Source: Paraspadella gotoi (taxonomy: Eukaryota > Animalia > Chaetognatha). Taken from it: a stretch of 64,000 bases of DNA. The position numbers and the translations under genes were made by a program. Positions 55,301 through 64,000 of the stretch are shown here, piece after piece; the stretch's first letter is position 1; every line of letters starts with the position of its first letter. The DNA is taken from the NCBI GenBank assembly GCA_051294375.1, contig CM119269.1, positions 16,357,010 through 16,421,009 of the forward strand, read 5' to 3'. Under the pieces are notes generated by a model. That model was not told where the DNA came from. It did no database searches and saw only the letters and a list, made by a program, of their open reading frames with translations.

Positions 55301-56266
55301 ACGACGACGACAAGGCGACGAAGACCCTGGAGACGGCGATGATGTCGGCGGCGTCGGCGGCTGCGTTGGCAGCGTCGCCAGGGCCGTTGGAAGAAGCAGG
55401 GTCGGCAGGCGGAGAACGGGGATCGCGAATCGATCGGATCTTCAACTATTGACAGGTTGAGTTGTTTCTCGATTGTTTTTTTTTTTTTTTTAAATGGGGG
55501 TTGTCATCATGGGAAATTCTCCATGTCTGACCGTCTGTCCGTCTCCCTTTCTTCCTCTAACTTTAAATTTAATTAATGAGCAAAAGAGATACGTATGAGA
55601 AAAAAAATGGATGTTTCGCAAAATACGAATTCGTTTAAATCCTCAAATGCTTTTTTTTTCACCAGCCCCCACGTTCCCTCCTCATCAGCGCCTCTCCAGC
55701 CACGCGCTGTCGTCGACGGTGCTGCTCGCGGCTTCGATCGGAACTTCGGGCGGAGAGAATCATCGGGTGCTGGAGAAGTCGCTGCCTCCGATGCTGAAGA
55801 GGCTTACCACTTTTTCTCTTTCCAAAGGTGTTATCATTGTTCCCACCAAAAAAAAATTATTACTATTTTTTGAGTCTTTATAGCCTGTCCAAAGTCAGGG
55901 GCAAATAGCTTACTGCATTTAAAGAATTAATGGATAATTTTTATATTGGTCGTACCGATTTGATCTCCTTCTACAGAACTCCGCGCCGCTCGCACGGTGC
56001 TCATGGTTTTGGTTGGATTGCTCCTTTGTTGGTTTCCCTTCTTCATCGGCCTCCTTTGCCGCTTGGAGGCTCCCGTGCCTTGGCGGTCGTCCTCGGCATC
56101 CACTTGCCCCTTCCCCCGCGCGGCCCTCGACGCTTTGGTCTGGCTGGGATTCGCTCATCCCTCCATTTTCAACCCGCTCGTCACCATCGTCCTCAACAAC
56201 GACTTCCGAGAAGGATTCCGCCGGATGTGGAACAGGTCGCCCGCCAAATCTTGTTGCGGATTTTGA
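50587..56266 (+). CDS. Class A (rhodopsin-like) GPCR, biogenic-amine-receptor-like but atypical; exons ~50587-50771, 52398-52581, 52749-52874, 53099-53386, 53640-54266, 54464-55455, ~55666/55700-55828, 55977-56266
   Basis: TM1 GVVLNVVV, TM2 SIADCLLCIVSLP, TM3 CRFFVFVTLFFISGSILSGVSLTLTRL..PLRY, TM4 GCTWLL, TM5 FFLPL, TM6 FSLSKELRAARTVLMVLVGLLLCWFPFF, TM7 WLGFAHPSIFNPLV, helix 8 NNDFREGF. Two frame breaks are unresolved. Confidence 0.85.
51855..52012 (-). mobile_element. tRNA-derived SINE-like element, copy 2 (in GPCR intron 1)
   Basis: A-box-like TGGCGCCGGACG and B-box-like GGTTCGCGGCC; colinear with copy 1. Confidence 0.65.
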
Positions 56267-57411
56267 AGGCAGTCGACGTCAAAACAATATCAAAAACTTT
56301 CAAATGTTGCATTCTCATGGCAAAAATTTTGCTTGGAACATTAAAACGTTGATAATTTGCAAAAAATAGTTTGACAGTTTTCTACCTCATACGTCCAACT
56401 ATTATAAGTCAATTAGTTTTTGTAATAAAGTCGGCACTACATAAGCCAGATCCAGTGGAAATCTGACAAAATTATTTATTTTTTTTTTATTCTTTATTTT
56501 CTTTATTTTTCTTTATTTAATTTTTTTCTCCTCCGATAGTAACAATAGAGAAAGAGATAGAAAAACAATAACGAGACTGAGGGGCTTGCTTTAAAAGACT
56601 TTAAAAACTTCTCCTCTGCCTTAATCATGATGTGACAAATGAAACAGCGAGATTCATTCATTCATTCTTTCATTCATTCATTCATTCATCGTTTCACAAT
56701 TATAATCAGCCTGAGATAGACGAAGTCAACTTTGTTGTTGTTGTTGTTGTTGTCGTTTTTCTTGATCGAAAAGCGATAGTGTCTTCGACTTCAATATGCA
56801 AATGAATGCGAACGGGAAGAACGAGGGGAATTAAACAGTGAACTAAACGTTAGATGGAAGTCAGCGCAGTGAGCATCACAACGGGACGAAAGAAAAAAAA
56901 AGTCAAACGCTTTTTCGAACAATATTGCCTGAGGGGAAAACAATGTCGCGCCCGCTCGGAATGGATAATCCATGATCAATGGATAAATGATAAAAATAAT
57001 ACATAATTAGTCTAATTTTATTATTTTTATTAAGGATGTTTAATGTTTAATTGTTTATTCATGACGTGATTCAGATTGAAGATGTGGGAGAATAGAACTT
57101 AAATAATTACAAAATTAATTAAAATTTATGGTCCCCTCATTGGTTAATAATTCATTAATATCAGTTGATGAATAATTGAAAGTTTTTATGAGAATTATTA
57201 TGATGGCATCGTGGTCAGTGGGTGGGACGGACAGACGGTACATAGGTCATACGTACACCTACGTACACATCATACGTGCTTATAATTAGATATTAGATAA
57301 TATACTACATAAAAAATCTAACAATGATAATTTCTTGTCCAAAAAAACAACAAACAACAAAGTGAATTATTGGGACGCACTTCATGTAAGAAAATTTTAC
57401 TTCAACTTCTT

Positions 57412-60400
57412 TTAATTTCGTCTGCTGTTTGTTGCCCTCTTCGAATCGTCGTCGTCTTCGTCGTCGTCGTCTTCTTCGGCGTCGTTTTCCTCATCGTCTG
57501 CTGCGCACGCCGCCATCTCGTCTCCTTTTAATTTTCGGTGATTTGGAGTAACAAAATTAGAGTTTACTTCGGTGTCGCTGTTGTCACTGTTGATTTTCAG
57601 TTTGACGTTAGTTGTAGAATCGTTTTCTGACAAATCCCGCGGCTCGGAGGTTCGAGGGATGCTTCCGCTCTTCTGGTTACAAAGCGGCGCGCCTTTGTCA
57701 TCGGAAAGCGGCGCGCCTTTGTCATCGGAAAGCGGCGCGTCATTATCATCGGAAAGCGGCGCGCCTTTAACATCGTCTTTCTCATCGTCTTTGTGGTTTT
57801 GACCTAATGACCTTTCTTTGTTTCCTCCGCCGTCAGAATTATTCTCAACTTGAGCGTTGATGACCTGAAATTGAAAAGAAAGAGGGAAACAATGAGCGCG
57901 ACGACGACTACAACAACGACTTGAACTACCTGTGAAAGACTCGCGTCTTGATGGTCAGAGGAAGAGAGTTCCGTGATCGGCGAGTGGGTCACTCCTCGAC
58001 GAACCCCGGCCGTCGTGTCTACGTCAATTGCGTCCATCTGAAAAAAAAAATTAAGTCAAATTCAATTCAAAATTCACTTTGATTCATTTATTTACTCATT
58101 CCCTTGGTTGAATAATCTCAAAAAATATTGTTTTCATTCGCTACTAACCTCCTTAAACTTTGAAGCGTTGCAGCTGTTTCGAAAACTGTTGTTGCGAAAG
58201 CTGTTGCGGTAACTGTTTCGATAACTGTTGCTCGTGGAAGTCTCAAAGTTACTGAGCGCAGTTATGGTCGTTGAGAGACGATTGCTGAGAACGAGAGTAA
58301 GAGAGAGAGAGAGTCGTTTTTGCGGAACCGATTCTGGTCACCAAAAAGCAAGATCTCATTATATAATACGAAACCTTCTGTACGTACTTAAACACAATGG
58401 ACATAGATGGCGGTCGATCGTTGCTTTCCTTTCCCCAGGAAAATAAGCCTAAAAAAATAAAGAAAATAATAAAAATGTACTTTAATCTAATTGATCTAAT
58501 TAAAAATTCAATTTCTTTATTAATTTTTTTTTTGGGGGGGGTTTGTTTTCCCACCGAAAATGAATTTCCGTTCCGGAGATTCTTTCTCGGCGTCCTCGGC
58601 GCTCACTCCCTGAGCGTCCGGAACGGCGTCGCCGGCGTTCCCGGGCGTCACCGCGGCGTTTCCGGCGCCCGTCCCTCGGCGTCGTCTCTGAAGGGTTCGA
58701 TTACGCATGGATTCGGTGCCGCGCCGCAAACGATAGCGGCGCCAAGAGTTTTTCAGTTCAGTTCTGACTTCTCCGTTGATGAAGCAGCAAATGATGGCCA
58801 CGCAAAGACCCTGAGAAGAGGGGTATGGATACGTGAGGTATTTGTGAGGTATCAGTGAGGTAAGAATATTCCAAAAATATTCTAGGACACTAAAAACAAT
58901 ATCTAAGATGTAGGTGAGAATCTGTGGTACTTCCAGAGGGAATCCAACTAGCATTGAAGCAATTTCTAACTGAATTATTAATAACAAAAATAATTAATAA
59001 CTAAAAAATCGATAATTACGTAATAATTATTCCATAATCTATTTACCATTAGTAAATTACGCAACGAATGACTAAATTGATTATTAAAAGTTAAATTCCT
59101 AATTTTTAAAATTATATTATAAATATTATTAAATTAATAATGCCTAAACTAATGTCTGAAATAGTATGGTTAATGAAAAAGATTAACCTGCGTGGAATTG
59201 AAGAACATGTCGAAGTAGAGATGAAAGAGACCGAAGATGGAGTCGAGGGTCTGCGTGTAGGGCAGCGCGACGAAGATGATGTAGTGGGCGCCGAAGAGAG
59301 GGATCAACACCATCGTGGACCGAACCAAACGCCTGAAAGGGGAAGGGGGTCGCGGTGGTTGGCGGTGAGGGGGTTGGGGAGAATCGGACGCGATTTGACG
59401 GAAATTTTGATTTGAGGACTTGTGTTTTTTTTGTTTTTTGTTTTTTGTTTTTTGTTTTTGAATAGTGCATACTTTTTTCAAGAATAACTTTTTAATAAAT
59501 AAATTTAAAAAATTCTTAATATGTCATATCTAGTTGGAGGAACCGGCCACTCACAAGTTGTCTGTATTTAATCTCAAACGCAATGAAACCCTTTTATCAA
59601 ACGCCTTGCATTTTCTCTCACTGCTCACTGCTCACTGCTCACTGCTCAGTGCTCACGCCCCCCTTTTCCACCCAAAACTCGCCAGTATCTTCTTCCCTCT
59701 TCCGTCAGCGTCGGCGTGTTTCTCATCTTCGTCACCAAAATACGAATGATGTTGAGAAAAACAAAAAGTTGACCTAAAAAAAAAAACCAAAAAAAAAAAA
59801 ATGAAATAATAGAAATTTTTTGCTTCCGGTTTTGCTTCCGGCTTTGACAGTCTTTCCAACTTATTCATTTCGATGACAATGTGAGTCGACGAGGAAAAAC
59901 ATTTTGTCCTTTTCTTAATTGTACTCAAGTGGGGAGGATTTTTGTCATTTTTAATGTTGTTCTAGTTCTTGTTTTTTGTTCTTGATTATTGATGTTGTAG
60001 TCAAAACTAAATTGTTATTTTTGAAGAAAAAAAACAAAACAAACAAACGAATTTACTCGACTGGATATTTGATGATCTCTTAGAATTTTTTTTTTTTTTT
60101 TTTATCATTTTGACGAAGATTTTTTGTCACTCGCACAATTTCACTCACCACGATGGTGATAGTGATCGGCGCTCGCATCACCCAGAAAATATTTTGATTC
60201 ACGTTTCTGACCCAACAACTGAATAAAATGACAAATAAAATTTAAGTCTTATAGTCTTGTGAAGAAAACTGTTTGTCTACATGTAAACCAAAGTGTAATT
60301 ACCCGTCGTTTTCCAAGTAAATCCGTAAAATGATCCACGCGATGATAATTGGCACCGGAGTGACTGAAAAAATAAAGCACTCTGGGCCTTATGTTCTATT

Positions 60401-61286
60401 TTATGTTTTTGTTAAGCGCGATTGCGTAATATCTCCGTAAGGTTCTATAAATAGCCACACAGATAGGCACAGACCAGCGACCGTGTTGCTGTAAGGCAGC
60501 TAATGGTCCTTAAATAACAGTTTAATCAGCTATACGAATATCCCTATTTAAATATTGCCACATTTTATAGTAAGAATCAAGGCACAATGTATCAACTCAC
60601 TCCATCCTAGACCCACGTAGGGCTTAATCCCTCTATTTTCCACCATCACGGAGACGATGATGAGCTGGTGCATGTAGAACCCCTCGGCGAAGATCCAAAA
60701 GTAGTTGGCCGTCACGAAGTAGTTGAAGAGAACGCTCAGAAATTTGCAGCGCCAGATCTGAGGTTAGGATAGGAAAATAGCAAGGATGAAGGGTAGATTT
60801 AAATACAAAATAAGATGGTAACTTTTAGAGAAAGTCGCAATAAAACATTCCTTACGTGAACTTACAATTTTCGAAGGGATAATGGCCGTCTGAAATAAAA
60901 ATCGGTCAGAAATTACGAAACGAATCAGTATCTTTGCAAATAACACAAATAACAAATTCACTACAATATGTATAAATACTTTCTCTAATCGTCACCTCGT
61001 TCACTGGTACGAATGGAATGGGCGGCATAAAATACGATTCCATCGGTTTGTAATTTTCTTCGTAATAATCAATGAATTCCAAATCAGACGACCTGAACAC
61101 AAACCACTAAAATCATATATCAAAAATCTCTGTTCATTTGTTTAAATCGTCCCTTACACGTCTTTCCGAAGATCGTCGCCAGCGCCTCCTTCGACGTGGA
61201 TGAAAACTACGATAGCGAAAAGAGAACGGAGGATACAAGAGACGAACAAATGGAGATGTAGGTAGTTGCGTTCGCAGTGAAGTCGT
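57412..61286 (-). CDS. Class B1 (secretin-family) GPCR, PTH/secretin-receptor-like; ICL1 to C-terminus visible, TM1 and ectodomain not found in the window
   Basis: RLHCERNYLHLHLFVSCILR; CKFLSVLFNYFVTANYFWIFAEGFYMHQLI; GW..P..IIIAW; CW..FWVMRAPI; VNF..FLNIIRILVTKMR; RLVRSTMVLIPLFGAHYIIF; FNSTQGLCVAIICCFINGEVRTEL. Long multi-exon ECL1 and an acidic C-tail. Confidence 0.92.
57681..57772 (-). repeat. 24-bp coding tandem repeat x4 (DDKGAPLS-like) in the class B GPCR tail
   Basis: Repeating GGAAAGCGGCGCGCCTTTGTCATC units. Confidence 0.9.
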
Positions 61287-61409
61287 CTGAGACATTTAAT
61301 TGGAAATGGGTGGAATAAATCATTTCTAAAATAAAGAAAGAATATGTATGTTTATTATGAAAAATATATGTAATGGAATAATTTTGAAGAGACGGAATAA
61401 TTGTTATAA

Positions 61410-61547
61410 ACAGCCCCTCGGATCGGTGTTAAACCTCCAGTCCCTCTTAACTGCTAGGAGGCCACCTTTGGGCTGGGTGACGAAAATCTCGCCTCTAGTA
61501 CTACTAGTGGCCGCTAATGAATGTCTAATGGATTTTAGTCCATCATA
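61410..61547 (-). mobile_element. Internally deleted third copy of the SINE-like family
   Basis: Shares TCGGATC..GTGTT, GTCCCTCTTAAyTGC, GGCCGCTrATGAA and TGGATTTTAGTCCAyCATA with 49620-49792. Confidence 0.65.
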
Positions 61548-63090
61548 ATTTTTTACCATTTTGGGAACTCAAACGATTTGAACAAAGAGGATGACGACGA
61601 ATACAACGAGGAAGATTAATGCTGCATTCAACTTTCAGTACCATCCTTAGTACGAACTAGTACTATCGGAGATTGAACCGGAGGCGACGAGTGGGGAACA
61701 GTGGTTCAACGGCTTTTTTTAGTTTTTATTAATTGCTCTTTTATGACGCCAAATATATCCAGAAGAAAAACCGGAATTTTTAGTCGATCGCTGATAGCGA
61801 CCGAATTATCTACTTTATTGTTATCATTTTTATTTTACGAATTTTTTTTATTACTAATTAAATATCTTTAAACTAGACTCAATTATAAGTTAAAAACTAA
61901 CAGTTAAAAACTCGCGTTTTTAATTCTAGTTTAAATATTAGGAAGATTCTGAGTTACTAGACTAAACTTGGTAGGTGAGAGCTGTTTTGTTTTATGCTTT
62001 TTCCCCCGCGAGAACATAACTAAGTTAAAATTTTATTTAAATCTCCTCGTTTCATTCAAAATAAAAACTTTTTAAAAAAATAGGATTAAAAATTTTAAAT
62101 TTCAAAATTCAAAAATTACTTAACGCTACGCAGTCATTAAACTGGATTAACAATGATATAAAGGTAGCCAAAAAAATTTCTGTTTTACTAATTACAACAA
62201 AATTGTACGATTTCTTTTTGTTCAATGTGAATATTTATATAAACTGTCGGGTCACGACTGAAGGTGTCATGCTTATAGGCGGGGTGAACTTATGCAATGC
62301 CTGACTACAGATATTACATTTTTTTTCTCGGTCTTTTTAAAAATTTGACAAGTCATATTTTTTTCTTTCAATAATTCAAACAATCTTTTCAAACAACTTT
62401 TCTACTTTTTGAAAACTTACCCTGCTATGACAATAGATTAAAAGATATTTGATAAATTACTATAAAACTAGAGTATATTTTTGGAATACTGAAGTTTGGT
62501 TTTCAATATAAAACTTTTTCGTTACTCCAATCGTTTAGCACTCTAATTTGATAAATAAAAAAAAAACCAACAATAAAAAACCTTTTTCAATTTGTGTGTC
62601 TGAGATTCCCAAGAAAATCAAGAATTCTTGTTGATGACGCAATTGCAAGACAACGGGAGGCAAGAGAGGCTCAAGGATGACCTTGCGTGTTTTCATCAAT
62701 TCGTCCCCATAACTTTTTTTCCCTAAAAATTGGGAAAAGTATGTTGCGCAAAGACACTCAAAGTCATTTTGAGAAAGGACATTTTAAAAATAATATCAGT
62801 TTTTGACTTTCCACAAATATTTATTATACAAAATTATTTAATTCGTTGTGCTTTAATTGTATTTTTCATAATTTAATTCAACATTGTAAATTAAATCAAA
62901 TTCTATTCAGTTTTATTCATTCGGGCTGAATATTTGTTTTATTGCTAATAAGAATGGTTAATAATAGTAATTGTAAATACTCTATATAATAAGCCTTGGC
63001 AACAGGTGGGAGTGGAGATTCGAAATATTTCTTCGTTTCTGATAACCGATCGCCTGAGGCGGAGCGAATCCTCTCTCCGATTTTCCTGGG

Positions 63091-63203
<113 letters not shown>

Positions 63204-63531
63204 GCCATCTCATGTCAAAGACATTGGCCGTCATTGGAATTGCAATATACCCGTAACAATTCCCCCACTAACGTCTGAATCCGCGACGAAGCCGGCTTTT
63301 TAAATTTAAAGTTGAACGACCTCGATTTTATCATTAATTAACCCTAGGAGTGAACCATTCACAAATTTCTCATACCGACCATAATACTCACTATCCATAT
63401 TGACACAATTGATTATTTTTTTCTATTTTTTTTAAGAACCAACTAGTTTTTTTTTTTATATAAATAATTTGGACCATTCCGCAACGGCGACGGGTAACGT
63501 TCGCCCAGTAGCGCCTAGGGTGCGACGTCGG

Positions 63532-63570
63532 TATAAATACAGGGGTTCTCTCTTCTTCTCCCCCAGTCAC
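63532..63570 (+). promoter_or_regulatory. TATA box plus initiator-like element
   Basis: TATAAATA at 63532 and CCAGTC about 30 bp downstream, followed by a GTAAGT donor at 63664 (5'UTR intron) and the ATG at 63831. Confidence 0.55.
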
Positions 63571-63830
63571 CATTTTCAGAATATATCTCTCGATCAAACT
63601 CGTAAATATATATATCGAAATAACGAACGATTTTTTAACGAATTTCCGCTTCGGACCCGAACTGTAAGTTTAATATTTAATTAATTAATTTCATTGAAAT
63701 ACATCGCTAGAACGAATTATAAATCGACAAATGAAATTTTTCTTTTTTGTCCTTTTCTCCTTCCAGACCATCTCCCTTTTTCTTCTTTCTCTTATCTTAT
63801 TAAGAAGAAGGAAAACTAGATTAGCGCGAG

Positions 63831-64000
63831 ATGAAATTGAGCATTTGCTTGGCGGCGCTGACGTGCCTGACGGCCGTCTCGACGACCACCCTCAAAGAGG
63901 CGGTCTGGCAGATCACGCCCACCCAGAGCCTCGGGTACGATTCGGTCAATTCCTACCTGAGAGGAAATATCTTCGAAAGCATCGAGGACGTGAGGCTCGT
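63831..64000 (+). CDS. 5' part of an unidentified secreted protein (MKLSICLAALTCLTAVSTTTLKEAVWQITPTQSLGYDSVNSYLRGNIFESIEDVRL...)
   Basis: Classical signal peptide, GC-rich codon usage, frame open to the window edge. Confidence 0.7.
   Translation, partial: MKLSICLAALTCLTAVSTTTLKEAVWQITPTQSLGYDSVNSYLRGNIFESIEDVRL

Noticed and set aside
55450-55452. TGA as selenocysteine, readthrough or a variant genetic code
   Set aside because: TGA acts as a normal stop in other genes here, I saw no SECIS-like element, and a one-base indel gives a simpler reading.
58284-58555. Apparent phase mismatch in the class B receptor tail
   Set aside because: Resolved by a small exon at ~58389-58447 (GLFSWGKESNDRPPSMSIVF), so no frameshift is needed.

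Overview
Eukaryotic (metazoan, probably invertebrate) genomic DNA from a gapped draft assembly: GC-rich exons, AT-rich introns, many microsatellites, N-gaps near 24-26 kb. No prokaryotic features. Manual splicing gives these genes in order: the first exon of a minus-strand gene at the left edge; an SH3-DH-PH RhoGEF (ARHGEF4/ARHGEF9/SPATA13 family) with a 940-aa S/T/P-rich first exon; a two-exon Pro/Cys-repeat protein; a long minus-strand EFCAB5-like EF-hand/GAF-like gene; a probably secreted protein with two VWC/pacifastin-like modules; SMARCAD1/Fun30; a small stand-alone CapZIP/FAM21-like CPI-motif protein; an atypical amine-receptor-like class A GPCR; a convergent PTH-receptor-like class B1 GPCR; and a TATA-driven secreted-protein gene probably nested in that receptor's intron. 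There is also a three-copy tRNA-derived SINE-like family and a 28-bp motif embedded in (TC)n tracts in two inverted copies. The most interesting items are the class A receptor lacking D3.32, DRY, Y5.58 and NPxxY, the stand-alone CPI-motif gene, and about 9 single-base frame breaks in otherwise intact genes (most likely consensus errors, but testable). All identifications are by eye and from recalled family motifs; no searches were run.
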